Assembly (NCBI GenBank): GCA_963933825.1
Contig: CAWVVY010000001.1
Coordinates: 78,797 to 142,796 of the forward strand
Origin: an uncultured Comamonadaceae bacterium
GTDB taxonomy: Bacteria; Pseudomonadota; Gammaproteobacteria; Burkholderiales; Burkholderiaceae_C
Direction of reading: 5' to 3'
DNA: 64,000 bases
Each line of letters starts with the position of its first letter. Positions within the stretch are counted from its first letter, which is position 1. Below, one piece after another: positions 1-9,520 of this stretch. The position numbers and the translations under genes are program-made. The notes under the pieces are model-generated. The model was not told the DNA's origin, ran no database searches, and saw nothing but the letters and a program-made list of their open reading frames with translations.

Positions 1-593
1 GCACTGCCAGCATTACTTTATCGGGCTTAGACATGGCGCAATTACTGCCCATGCGCCGGCGGGAACTGGGTGTGCATTTGGTGCCAGAAGAGCGTCTCGG
101 CAGAGGCGCTGTACCTGCTGTTGACTTGGCGCACAACTTGTTGCTGACACGCGATGAAGCTGTGGGCCCCAGTGGTTGGATCAATGGGCCGACATTGCTG
201 GCGCAAGCCAGCGAGATCATTCGCACATTTGGCGTCAAGGCTGGCGGGCCAAAGGCCGCTGCACAGTCCTTGTCTGGGGGCAATTTGCAAAAATTTATCG
301 TGGGTCGGGAAATTGGCGCCAACCCCAAGATGCTCATAGTGAGTCAACCAACTTGGGGGGTCGATGTGGGTGCTGCAGCTCAAATTAGAACCGCTATTTT
401 GGCGCTGCGTGATGCAGGTTGCGCGGTGTTATTGATCAGCGAGGAGCTAGACGAATTATTTGAATTGAGCGACCGTTTGCTGGTGATTGCCAAGGGCCAC
501 ATATCGCCTTCGCTGAACCGAGCTGACGCCTCAGTAGAAGTGGTGGGTGCTTGGATGTCAGGTTTGTGGACCACGGAGGCCAACCATGTTTGA
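1..593 (+). CDS. ABC transporter ATP-binding protein, C-terminal part (5' end lies outside window); BMP/nucleoside-type importer
   Basis: Frame is open from the window edge (in frame from nt 3) to TGA 591-593. It carries the ABC signature LSGGNLQKF and Walker B-like LLISEELDE. Two permeases and a BMP-family lipoprotein follow. Confidence 0.85.
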   Translation, partial: TASITLSGLDMAQLLPMRRRELGVHLVPEERLGRGAVPAVDLAHNLLLTRDEAVGPSGWINGPTLLAQASEIIRTFGVKAGGPKAAAQSLSGGNLQKFIVGREIGANPKMLIVSQPTWGVDVGAAAQIRTAILALRDAGCAVLLISEELDELFELSDRLLVIAKGHISPSLNRADASVEVVGAWMSGLWTTEANHV

Positions 594-1647
594 ACTGCGC
601 AACCGCGCTGAGGCGTCTAGGTTTTGGGCGGCTGCCTCGCCAGCGCTGGCTCTTCTCATTACGGTTGCCATTGGCATGGGTATTTTTGTCGCGCTTGGCA
701 AAGACCCTGTGCAAGGCTTGCAAGTGTTCTTTTGGGAGCCCATTAAAAGCAGCTATGCCATCAGCGAACTGCTGCTGAAAGCCACGCCCTTGTTGCTCAT
801 TGCAGTGGGCTTGGCCGTGTGCTTTCGCTCCAATGTGTGGAATATTGGTGCAGAAGGCCAGTACATAGTGGGTGCCATTGCTGCGGGTGGCGTGGCACTC
901 ATGGCCACACCGGACACGTCAGGCTGGATTGTGGTGCCCATATTGTTGGCGGCCATTGCCGGTGGCATGGCGTGGGGGGGTATCGTTGCATTGCTGCGTG
1001 ACCGTTTCAACGCCAATGAAATTTTAGTCAGTTTGATGCTTGTCTATGTGGCTGTGCAGCTGTTGCAGTACATGGTTTACGGGCCTTGGAAAGATCCCAA
1101 CGGCTACAATTTTCCCCAAACCAAAACTTTCGAGTCGGCCACTCAAATCCCCAAGCTCATGAGTGGCTCGCGCGTCACCATTGGTTTGCTGCTGGCGCTG
1201 GCTGGTGCAGGCGGTATGTGGGTGTACTTGTACCGCACAAGGGCTGGTTTTGCCCAACAAGTTGGCGGCATGGCACCTGCTGCTGCACGGTACGCAGGGT
1301 TTTCTGCGCGCAAGGGGTTGTGGACTGCGCTGCTCATCAGTGGCGGTTTTGCTGGTTTGGCAGGTGGTCTGGAAGTGGCTGGACCAATCGGCCAGCTCAC
1401 GCCTTACGTGCCGGCCGGGTATGGTTTTGCCGCCATTATTGTGGCTTTCGTTGGGCGGCTTCACCCAGTGGGAGCGGTGTTGTCTGCCTTGCTGATGAGT
1501 ATGTTTTATATAGGTGGCGAGTTGGCGCAGTCGCGCATGGGCTTGCCCAAATCCATTACAGGTGTGTTCCAGGGTCTGCTGTTGTTCAGCCTGCTGGCCT
1601 GCGACATGCTCATTGCCAAACAAATCACTTGGAGGCGTGCCCAATGA
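586..1647 (+). CDS. ABC transporter permease (BMP/simple-sugar type)
   Basis: GGAGG at 575-579. ATG 586 overlaps the upstream stop (ATGTTTGA). The product is hydrophobic with multiple TM segments. The ORF-track start at 547 is probably too early. Confidence 0.85.
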   Translation: MFELRNRAEASRFWAAASPALALLITVAIGMGIFVALGKDPVQGLQVFFWEPIKSSYAISELLLKATPLLLIAVGLAVCFRSNVWNIGAEGQYIVGAIAAGGVALMATPDTSGWIVVPILLAAIAGGMAWGGIVALLRDRFNANEILVSLMLVYVAVQLLQYMVYGPWKDPNGYNFPQTKTFESATQIPKLMSGSRVTIGLLLALAGAGGMWVYLYRTRAGFAQQVGGMAPAAARYAGFSARKGLWTALLISGGFAGLAGGLEVAGPIGQLTPYVPAGYGFAAIIVAFVGRLHPVGAVLSALLMSMFYIGGELAQSRMGLPKSITGVFQGLLLFSLLACDMLIAKQITWRRAQ

Positions 1648-2561
1648 GCAGTGCATTACTGGTTGCCGCAGCTTTAGATGCGGGGACAATTTTGGCGTTG
1701 GCCTCTCTTGGCTTGTTGATCAACGAGAAAGCCGGTATTTTGAATTTGGGTGCCGAGGGCATGATGCTGTGCTCTGCTTTGGCGGGCTTTGCCGCGGTGG
1801 TGCATACAGGCTCTAGCGTGATGGGTTTTGGCGCAGGCATGCTCGTAGGCGCCGCCATGGCGGCCTTGTTTGGCTGGCTGGTGATTTGGTTGGGAACCAA
1901 CCAATACGCCACTGGCTTGGCCTTGAGTTTGTTTGGCGCTGGGTTGTCGGCTTTTGCTGGAACGTCCTATGTCAAAGAAAAGCTGCCAGAAGCTGTGCAA
2001 TACAAAATTCCATTGCTAGGTGATTTGCCGTTTGTTGGCGAGGCGTTCTTTTCTCAACATCCAATGGTCTACATTGCGATGTGCATCACGGCTGGCATGA
2101 TGTGGTTTTTCTTTAAGACCCGTTCAGGTTTGGTGCTTAGAAGCGTGGGCGAGTCGCCACAGTCCGCCCACGCGCTGGGTTACAACGTGCGCCTCATTCG
2201 TCTTGGTGCTGTCATGGCCGGAGGTGCCTTGTGTGGACTGGCGGGCGCCTATGTGTCAACCGTTTACACACCACTGTGGGTAGAGGGTATGACTGCTGGC
2301 AAGGGTTGGATCGCACTGGCGCTCACCACGTTTGCCACGTGGCGTCCCATTCGTGTGCTGCTAGGTGCGTATTTGTTTGGTGGGGTGACCATGCTGCAAT
2401 TTCAGTTGCAAGCCGCGGGTGTGCACATCAGCAGCCAATTTCTAAACATGATGCCCTACTTGGCCACCATAGTGGTGTTGGTCTTGATTTCGCGAAATCC
2501 GCAGTGGATTCGCCTAAATATGCCGCAAAGCATAGGGAAACCCTTTCAGCCTAATTCATAA
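1644..2561 (+). CDS. ABC transporter permease (BMP/simple-sugar type), second subunit
   Basis: ATG 1644 overlaps the upstream stop (ATGA). The product from MSSALLVAAALDAG is a multi-TM permease. The tracked ORF from 1086 is an in-frame extension across the previous gene. Confidence 0.85.
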   Translation: MSSALLVAAALDAGTILALASLGLLINEKAGILNLGAEGMMLCSALAGFAAVVHTGSSVMGFGAGMLVGAAMAALFGWLVIWLGTNQYATGLALSLFGAGLSAFAGTSYVKEKLPEAVQYKIPLLGDLPFVGEAFFSQHPMVYIAMCITAGMMWFFFKTRSGLVLRSVGESPQSAHALGYNVRLIRLGAVMAGGALCGLAGAYVSTVYTPLWVEGMTAGKGWIALALTTFATWRPIRVLLGAYLFGGVTMLQFQLQAAGVHISSQFLNMMPYLATIVVLVLISRNPQWIRLNMPQSIGKPFQPNS

Positions 2562-2639
2562 TGTCGTCATGTAAAGCGCGTTCGCGCGCTGGCGAAAATT
2601 TTTGTTGTGTGTCTTTTTTAATTACCTTGGAGTGATGTC

Positions 2640-3782
2640 ATGTCTACTGTGAATATCCGCTCGCTGGTCAAGCTAGCAGCTTTGACAGCGTTGTCCGCCG
2701 CCGTACTGGTCGGTTGTGGCAAAAAAGAAGAGGCCGCTGCGCCTGAAGCCGCAGCGCCGGCAGCTGCCATCGTGGTGGAGCCGTTAAAAGTGGCATTCGC
2801 CTACGTTGGCCCAGTTGGCGACGGTGGCTGGACTTACGCCCACGACCGTGCCCGCGCAGAGGTGCAGGCTGCGTTCGGTGACAAAATTGTGACCAGCTAT
2901 GTCGAAAACGTTCCTGAGAGCGCCGACGCCGAACGCGTGATCCGTGACTTGGCTTCACAAGGCAATAAGCTGATTTTCGGCACCACATTTGGTTACATGG
3001 AACCCATGTTAAAAATCGCGCCTGACTTTGCCGACGTGAAGTTTGAACACGCGACTGGCTACAAGTCTGGCCCCAACATGCGCACCTATGACAGCCGCAC
3101 CTACCAAGGTGCTTACATGGCCGGCATTATTGCGGGTGCCATGACCAAGACCAACACCTTGGGTGTGGTCGGTTCAGTGCCAATCCCTGAAGTGATTCGC
3201 AATATCAACAGCTTCACCATGGGTGCGCAATCTGTGAACCCAGCCATCAAGACCAATGTGGTCTGGGTAGGTGAGTGGTTCAACCCACCAAAGGAAACAG
3301 AAGCTGCCCAGTCGTTGATCAACGGCGGCGCTGACGTGCTGATGCAAAACACCGACTCATCTGCTGTGTTGCAAACCGCTGAGAAAAACGGCAAGCGTGC
3401 ATTTGGGTGGGATTCTGACATGGCCGCTTACGCGCCAAAGGCCCATTTGGGCTCTGCAGTGATTAACTGGACGCCTTATTACACCAAGGCTGTGAATGAT
3501 GCACTCAACGGCACATGGGCGACCGGCAGTGTGTGGTGGGGCGTTAAAGAAGGCGCAATCGACATGGTGAATGTGGCTGAAGACGTGCCAGCAGACATCA
3601 AGGCAAAAATTAATGAAGTGCGCGCAGGCTTCAAAGACGGCAGCTTCGCTGTATGGACAGGCCCAATCGTGGACAACACCGGCAAAGAGCAAATTGCTGC
3701 GGGCACAACGGCTGACGACGGCTTCTTGGGCGGCGTTAAGTTCTACGTGAAGGGTGTTCAAGGTCAAGTGCCTGGAAACTGA
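2640..3782 (+). CDS. BMP-family (PnrA-like) ABC transporter substrate-binding lipoprotein
   Basis: Signal peptide with lipobox LVGC-GKK. The sequence has the BMP family look (FAYVGPVGDGGW..., NINSFTMGA). It sits last in the transporter cluster. Confidence 0.85.
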   Translation: MSTVNIRSLVKLAALTALSAAVLVGCGKKEEAAAPEAAAPAAAIVVEPLKVAFAYVGPVGDGGWTYAHDRARAEVQAAFGDKIVTSYVENVPESADAERVIRDLASQGNKLIFGTTFGYMEPMLKIAPDFADVKFEHATGYKSGPNMRTYDSRTYQGAYMAGIIAGAMTKTNTLGVVGSVPIPEVIRNINSFTMGAQSVNPAIKTNVVWVGEWFNPPKETEAAQSLINGGADVLMQNTDSSAVLQTAEKNGKRAFGWDSDMAAYAPKAHLGSAVINWTPYYTKAVNDALNGTWATGSVWWGVKEGAIDMVNVAEDVPADIKAKINEVRAGFKDGSFAVWTGPIVDNTGKEQIAAGTTADDGFLGGVKFYVKGVQGQVPGN

Positions 3783-3826
3783 CCAACGCTAGAGCGTTCA
3801 ACACAAGCCAATGGCTTGTGTGCTGG

Positions 3827-3859
3827 GGCCAGCGCAGCAATGCGGCTGGCCCTTTTTTG
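3827..3859 (+). terminator. Rho-independent terminator after the binding-protein gene
   Basis: GGGCCAGC ... GCTGGCCC stem followed by TTTTTT. A second 9-bp hairpin (acacaagcc aat ggcttgtgt) lies just upstream at 3802-3822. Confidence 0.7.
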
Positions 3860-3886
3860 TTGTTGGGGTTGTAAAGGTGAATCGTC

Positions 3887-4939
3887 ATGACACATGTGGT
3901 TTTTAAATCGGAGCAAGCAGCGCTTGCGTTGCTGGCGGCCCTGCCCAAGGCAGAGCTGCATGTGCACATTGAAGGCACTTTAGAGCCAGAGTTGATGTTT
4001 GCCTTGGCCATTCGAAACGGCGTGGCATTGCCTTACAAATCGGTCGATGAGGTGAGGGCGGCTTATGCTTTTGATAATTTACAAAGCTTCCTAGACATTT
4101 ACTACGCCGGCACCCAAGTGCTGATCACCCAGCAAGATTTTTTTGATATGACGTGGGCGTATTTAGAGCGTGCCCATGCAGATCACGTGGTGCACACAGA
4201 GTTGTTTTTTGACCCGCAGTCTCACACAGTGCGAGGTGTGGACATGGGTACCGTCATATTGGGCATACACCGCGCCTGCCAACAAGCAGCTGCGCAGTGG
4301 GGCATGAGCAGCGCACTCATTTTGTGTTTCTTGCGCCACTTAAGTGAAGACGAGGCGATTGCCACGTTGCTTGCAGCGGCACCCTACCGCGCACACTTGG
4401 TAGGCGTGGGACTGGACTCTAGCGAGCAAGGCCATCCGCCTGACAAATTTGCCCGTGTATTTGCAAAAGCTGCGGCGCAGGGATTAAAGCTGGTTGCGCA
4501 CGCGGGCGAGGAAGGTCCGCCGGCGTATGTGTGGCAAGCGCTGGATGTCTTGGGTGTGCACCGCATTGACCACGGTGTGCGCTCAATGGAGGACGCGGCG
4601 CTGGTGGCGCGACTGGCGGCCGAGCGCATACCGCTGACGGTGTGTCCGTTGTCCAACATGGCCTTACAAGTCACGCCAAACCTGGCCACACACCCGATTA
4701 AAACCATGCTGGATGCCAACTTGTGCGCCATGGTCAACAGCGACGATCCGGCCTACTTTGGTGGTTATTTGAACGATAACTTTGCCGCCATCATCACGGC
4801 TTTGTCTTTGTCGCCGCAAGATGTCTTGACCTTGGTACGCAATAGTTTTGAGGCGAGCTTTATAGACGACCGCTTGCGCGTGCAGTATGCGCTGCAGCTT
4901 GACAATGCGATGGCACAGTGGACGGTACAACATGGTTAG
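3887..4939 (+). CDS. Adenosine/adenine deaminase family protein (sequence resembles the bacterial type-2 adenine deaminases)
   Basis: N-terminal LPKAELHVHIEGTLEPELMFALA metal-binding motif, and SDDPAYFGGYL near the C-terminus. 350 aa. Confidence 0.85.
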   Translation: MTHVVFKSEQAALALLAALPKAELHVHIEGTLEPELMFALAIRNGVALPYKSVDEVRAAYAFDNLQSFLDIYYAGTQVLITQQDFFDMTWAYLERAHADHVVHTELFFDPQSHTVRGVDMGTVILGIHRACQQAAAQWGMSSALILCFLRHLSEDEAIATLLAAAPYRAHLVGVGLDSSEQGHPPDKFARVFAKAAAQGLKLVAHAGEEGPPAYVWQALDVLGVHRIDHGVRSMEDAALVARLAAERIPLTVCPLSNMALQVTPNLATHPIKTMLDANLCAMVNSDDPAYFGGYLNDNFAAIITALSLSPQDVLTLVRNSFEASFIDDRLRVQYALQLDNAMAQWTVQHG

Positions 4940-6296
4940 TCCTGCTCAGTTACATCACCCCAACATCAAAGTAAGCCATGTGCGCGGCTACCGGGCTGAT
5001 ATTTTGTACTTTGATGATCGCGGGCAAGCCCACTTGCAGTCTGATGGCCTGTTGGTGGTGGGGCCAGACCCAGCACAGTTGGTGGTGTGTGATGTGGTGC
5101 TAGCCTGCGGTGCTTTTAGCGCGATCAGACCTGACTATCCCCATGTGGATATCACCCATTACCCTGGCAAATGGCTTGCACCTGGTTTTGTTGATCTGCA
5201 TTCTCACTACCCGCAGCTAGACGTGATTGGCTCGCCATCGCCTGGCTTGCTGCCTTGGCTTGAGGACTACACCTTTCCAGCAGAGGCCAAGTTTGCCGAC
5301 CCGACATGGGCTACCAGCCGTGCGGGTTTCTTTTTAGATGAGTTGTGTCGGCACGGCGTGACCACATCTCTGGCGTTTGCAACGTCGCACGTGACGTCCG
5401 TAGAGGCCTTGTTCACCAACGCGCGCGCGCGCGGTATGCGCATACTGACGGGAAAATGCTTGCAAGATCAACATTGTCCTGATGGTGTGCGTGACACCAC
5501 CGAGCAAAGTTTGCTTGATACGGAGATGTTGATCAACCGTTGGCACGGCGTTGACCGCTTGGGCTATGCCATTACGCCGCGGTTTGTGCCAACGTCTTCA
5601 CACGCGCAGTTAGCGGGTGCAGGGGAACTGGCCAAGCAATACGGCAGCGTTTGGGTGCAATCGCACGTGGCTGAAAATCACGACGAGATCGCGTGGGTGG
5701 CGAGCCAGCATCCCGCAGCGCGCAGCTACCTAGAGGTTTACAACCAATACGGCTTGTTGCGCAAGCGCTCGGTCTATGCCCACTGTATTTACCTAGACGC
5801 GCAAGACCGTGACTTGATGGCGCAGACCGGCGCGGCAGCTGCTATTTGCCCCACCAGCAATGCGTTTCTAGGCAGTGGTTTCTTTGACTTTTCAGCGGGG
5901 AAATCACACCACATGGCCATGGGTCTGGCCAGCGATGTGGGCGGTGGCACGTCCATGAATGTGTTTAGGACCATGCGCGCCGCCTATGAGACTGCGCGTG
6001 TGGACTTGCCCAACCAGGGTCGGGCAGCCACCACACTGTCGCCAAGTTATTTGTGGTGGCTGCACACGGCTGGTGCGGCGCAAGCGCTTGATTTGGCCGG
6101 CGTGGTGGGTAATTTGCAACCTGGGTGCGAGGCTGACTTTGTGGTCATAAACCCGAAGGCCACCCCCATGTTGGCGCGCAAGGCCCTCGTGTGTGAGACC
6201 TTAGACGAGCAGTTGTTTGCCATGATTGTGTTGGGCGATGACCGCCTCATACAGCAAACCCATGTGGCCTTGCCTACAATGCTGGCTGATTGCTGA
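4932..6296 (+). CDS. guaD: Guanine deaminase
   Basis: Motifs DLHSHYPQ, AITPRFVPTSS, HVAENHDEIAWV, CPTSNAFLGSG and ADFVV are collinear with enterobacterial GuaD. ATG 4932 overlaps the upstream stop (ATGGTTAG). Confidence 0.85.
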   Translation: MVSPAQLHHPNIKVSHVRGYRADILYFDDRGQAHLQSDGLLVVGPDPAQLVVCDVVLACGAFSAIRPDYPHVDITHYPGKWLAPGFVDLHSHYPQLDVIGSPSPGLLPWLEDYTFPAEAKFADPTWATSRAGFFLDELCRHGVTTSLAFATSHVTSVEALFTNARARGMRILTGKCLQDQHCPDGVRDTTEQSLLDTEMLINRWHGVDRLGYAITPRFVPTSSHAQLAGAGELAKQYGSVWVQSHVAENHDEIAWVASQHPAARSYLEVYNQYGLLRKRSVYAHCIYLDAQDRDLMAQTGAAAAICPTSNAFLGSGFFDFSAGKSHHMAMGLASDVGGGTSMNVFRTMRAAYETARVDLPNQGRAATTLSPSYLWWLHTAGAAQALDLAGVVGNLQPGCEADFVVINPKATPMLARKALVCETLDEQLFAMIVLGDDRLIQQTHVALPTMLADC

Positions 6297-6327
6297 GCAT
6301 ATAAATTATCTACACTGAGGATGTGAC

Positions 6328-6894
6328 ATGAGTATTAAGAGTGACAAATGGATCAGGCGCATGGCTGAGAACGAGGGCTTGATCGATCCGTTTGAGCCAG
6401 GCCAAGTGCGAGAAGTTGATGGCAGAAAAGTCATCAGCTACGGCACCAGCAGTTACGGTTATGACATTCGTTGCGCGCCAGAGTTCAAGGTGTTTACCAA
6501 TATCCACTCCACAGTGGTAGACCCTAAGAATTTTGATGAAAAGAGTTTTGTGGATTTTGCAGGCGACTCTTGCATCATCCCGCCCAACAGTTTTGCGTTG
6601 GCTCGCACGCTGGAGTATTTCCGTATTCCACGCAATGTATTGACCATTTGTTTGGGTAAAAGCACCTATGCCCGTTGCGGCATCATCGTCAACGTCACTC
6701 CTTTTGAGCCAGAGTGGGAAGGTTTTGTGACCTTGGAATTCTCAAACACCACGCCCTTGCCTGCCAAGATATATGCTGGCGAAGGCTGTGCCCAGGTGCT
6801 GTTTTTTGAAAGCGACGAGGTGTGCGAGGTGAGCTATGCCGACCGTGGTGGCAAGTACCAAGGCCAAGTGGGCGTGACCTTGCCCAAGGCTTAA
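6328..6894 (+). CDS. dcd: dCTP deaminase
   Basis: 188 aa. [13 protein letters not shown]..., SSYGYD and ...RGGKYQGQ are typical Dcd features. Confidence 0.9.
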   Translation: MSIKSDKWIRRMAENEGLIDPFEPGQVREVDGRKVISYGTSSYGYDIRCAPEFKVFTNIHSTVVDPKNFDEKSFVDFAGDSCIIPPNSFALARTLEYFRIPRNVLTICLGKSTYARCGIIVNVTPFEPEWEGFVTLEFSNTTPLPAKIYAGEGCAQVLFFESDEVCEVSYADRGGKYQGQVGVTLPKA

Positions 6895-7085
6895 AACCCC
6901 AAGTACGACATGATGGCGCGGCACCAGGGTGTGGTACAGAGCCTACAAATGTGCGGTTTTAGTCTGAAAAATAGGGGTCTTTGGTTCTAGTTAAGCCCAT
7001 TTGTGCCTTATTTTTACCTGCACATGGGCACTGCAGTTCAGGGTCTAGCCGTGCGTAGCTTAAACGTGGGACAATCTTAGGCTAC

Positions 7086-8531
7086 ATGACAGCATCCTTT
7101 TCAGAACTAAATTTGGCACCGTCGTTGGCCAAAGCCGTAGCCCAAATGGGCTACGAAACAATGACTCCTATTCAAGCCCAAGCCATCCCAGTGGTGTTGC
7201 AAGGCCGTGACGTAATGGGGGCGGCCCAAACGGGCACTGGTAAAACAGCAGCTTTTTCGTTGCCCTTGTTGCAACGCTTGCTCAAGCATGAGAATGCATC
7301 CATGTCGCCGGCACGCCACCCTGTGCGCGCCTTGGTGCTCTTGCCCACGCGTGAGCTGGCCAACCAAGTTGCCGATCAAATCAGACAATACGCCGAATTC
7401 ACCAACTTGCGCAGTGCGGTGGTGTTCGGCGGTATGGATATCAAGCCGCAAATCATTGAGTTGCGCAAAGGCGTAGAGGTGTTGGTTGCAACCCCTGGCC
7501 GTTTGCTCGACCACATCGAAGGCAAAAGCGCTGTGCTCAACCAAGTTGAGTACGTGGTGTTAGATGAGGCCGACCGGATGCTGGACATTGGCTTTTTGCC
7601 AGATCTTCAGCGCATCCTGAGTCATCTGCCTAAAAAACGCACCACGCTGCTGTTTTCTGCTACCTTCTCAAATGACATCAAAAAGCTGGCTGGCAGTTAT
7701 CTACAAGACCCCGTCACCATCGAGGTGGCTAGGTCCAACTCTGCTGCCGCCAATGTTGAACAGCGCTTCTACAGTGCCAGCGGCGAAGACAAGCGCCATG
7801 CGCTGGTTGCTTTGCTGAAGCAGCACAGCGTTACGCAAGCATTTGTGTTTGTTAACAGCAAACTAGGGTGTGCCCGTTTGGCCAAAGCATTGGAGCGTGA
7901 CGGTCTTCGCACCACAGCCATGCACGGCGACAAGAGCCAAGATGAGCGCCTCAAAGCACTCGAGGCATTCAAGAGTGGCGAAGTGGATTTGTTGGTGTGT
8001 ACCGACGTGGCTGCGCGCGGGCTGGACATCAAGGATGTGCCTGCTGTGTTTAACATCGACTTGCCCTACAACGCCGAAGACTACATTCACCGCATTGGTC
8101 GCACTGGGCGCGCGGGGGCTTCTGGTTTGGCCATCTCGTTTGTATCCAACAGCGATGCACGGTTGCTCAGCGACATCGAAAAACTCATCAATATCAAGGC
8201 CGAGGTTGAGACGGTTGACACGGGCCCTCGCCCAGGCGCGGACTTCGTAACTGAGCGTCCGCCCAAGCGTCTCAACGACGGGCATAGATTGCAACAGCGC
8301 CGTGAAGACGGCAAGGAAAAACGCGCTGATAGCCAAGATCCGAAAGGGCGCTACCAACCGCCTCCGCGTCAAATGAGCAAAGACCCGTTGTTTGACCAGC
8401 CTTATCAGGCCAAAGCGGACAGCACCCCTGCCGCTTGGGAAGCCGCAGAGCCAGCGCGTGGACGTGGCTTGTCCGCTAACATCAAGCCCAAGCGCAAAGT
8501 GGCGGCCTTGTTTCAAACGGTAGTGGAGTAA
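7086..8531 (+). CDS. rhlE: ATP-dependent DEAD-box RNA helicase
   Basis: Q-motif, AQTGTGKT, PTRELA, DEAD, SAT and HRIGRTGRAG motifs, with a basic low-complexity C-terminal tail. Confidence 0.9.
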   Translation: MTASFSELNLAPSLAKAVAQMGYETMTPIQAQAIPVVLQGRDVMGAAQTGTGKTAAFSLPLLQRLLKHENASMSPARHPVRALVLLPTRELANQVADQIRQYAEFTNLRSAVVFGGMDIKPQIIELRKGVEVLVATPGRLLDHIEGKSAVLNQVEYVVLDEADRMLDIGFLPDLQRILSHLPKKRTTLLFSATFSNDIKKLAGSYLQDPVTIEVARSNSAAANVEQRFYSASGEDKRHALVALLKQHSVTQAFVFVNSKLGCARLAKALERDGLRTTAMHGDKSQDERLKALEAFKSGEVDLLVCTDVAARGLDIKDVPAVFNIDLPYNAEDYIHRIGRTGRAGASGLAISFVSNSDARLLSDIEKLINIKAEVETVDTGPRPGADFVTERPPKRLNDGHRLQQRREDGKEKRADSQDPKGRYQPPPRQMSKDPLFDQPYQAKADSTPAAWEAAEPARGRGLSANIKPKRKVAALFQTVVE

Positions 8532-8638
8532 CCCAAGCCGGCGCCACTCAATGGATTGAATTCAGTTGAGTCGCTAGGCTGGTTAACTGAGCGTATTTTC
8601 GCAGGTCGCGTCAACAGCCAATGCTTGTTGCGGCTGTG

Positions 8639-9502
8639 CTATTCGCTTGGCAGTTGTGCCCCCTGGCAAGCTACTCGGTGCAGCAACACATCCGGACTAC
8701 CCGGCAAAAATTCTGCTGCTTGCAGACACCCCCCCCATAAACAACCGCCATCCAGCGGCAACACGCCGCCCAGCGGCACTTGAGTGGCCTGCGTCAGCTG
8801 AAGGGTTGACCAGTGTCCAAAACCAATCCGTACGTTGTCGGTGGCCCTGCCTGGTACGTCAAACCAAGGCATCAGGCCAGCTGGGGCCAGCTGCGCAGCT
8901 CCTTTGTGCTCAAAGTCCATAAGCCCCTGCGCGTCGCACAACCGTATGCGTGTCAAGGCGTTCACGCTCAGGCGTATCTGATCCAGTGGGCTGGCGTTGA
9001 GGCCAGACGCCCAACTGTTGGGCATGTCGCCATACATGTGTTTGAAAAAGTGTTGGTACACCTGTGGGTCATCATGCCCAATGGTGGCGCTGGCAAGGGC
9101 TGCCACGTGCAGCGTTTCCGCCAGCGTCCACTGGGCCAATACGCCAGCATGGACCATCAGCCAGCCATGCTGGTGAATGGCCAACGGTTTCTTGCGCAGC
9201 CAGGCCAGTAAGTCTGCTCGGTCTGGCGCATTCAAAATGTCTTGCAGCGTGTCAAGGCGCTTTTGTTTGGCACCCGACAAGCCTATAGCCAGTAAATGCA
9301 AGTCGTGATTGCCCAGCAGGCATTGGGCGCTTGAGCCCAGTGCTTGTAGCCTGCGCAACACGGCCAGTGAGTGGGGTCCGCGGTTGACCAAATCGCCCAG
9401 CGCGAACAAGGTGTCGCGGCTGGGTGAGAAATTAATGTGTTGAAGTAATTGCGACAACTCAAAGTCGCAGCCTTGTATGTCGCCAATCATGTACAGTGCC
9501 AT
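8639..9502 (-). CDS. apaH: Bis(5'-nucleosyl)-tetraphosphatase, symmetrical
   Basis: MALYMIGDIQGC start and the GDLVNRG and GNHD metallophosphatase motifs. 287 aa. Confidence 0.88.
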   Translation of the reverse strand: MALYMIGDIQGCDFELSQLLQHINFSPSRDTLFALGDLVNRGPHSLAVLRRLQALGSSAQCLLGNHDLHLLAIGLSGAKQKRLDTLQDILNAPDRADLLAWLRKKPLAIHQHGWLMVHAGVLAQWTLAETLHVAALASATIGHDDPQVYQHFFKHMYGDMPNSWASGLNASPLDQIRLSVNALTRIRLCDAQGLMDFEHKGAAQLAPAGLMPWFDVPGRATDNVRIGFGHWSTLQLTQATQVPLGGVLPLDGGCLWGGCLQAAEFLPGSPDVLLHRVACQGAQLPSE

Positions 9503-9520
9503 GACGACATTATCGACGCT

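Noticed and set aside
1024-1689. 221-aa minus-strand ORF
   Set aside because: It lies entirely antisense to the well-supported permease gene. The product is Arg/His/Gln-rich with no motifs, which is the typical shadow ORF of GC-rich DNA.
7863-8516. 217-aa minus-strand ORF
   Set aside because: Antisense to the C-terminal half of the DEAD-box helicase, with low-complexity composition.
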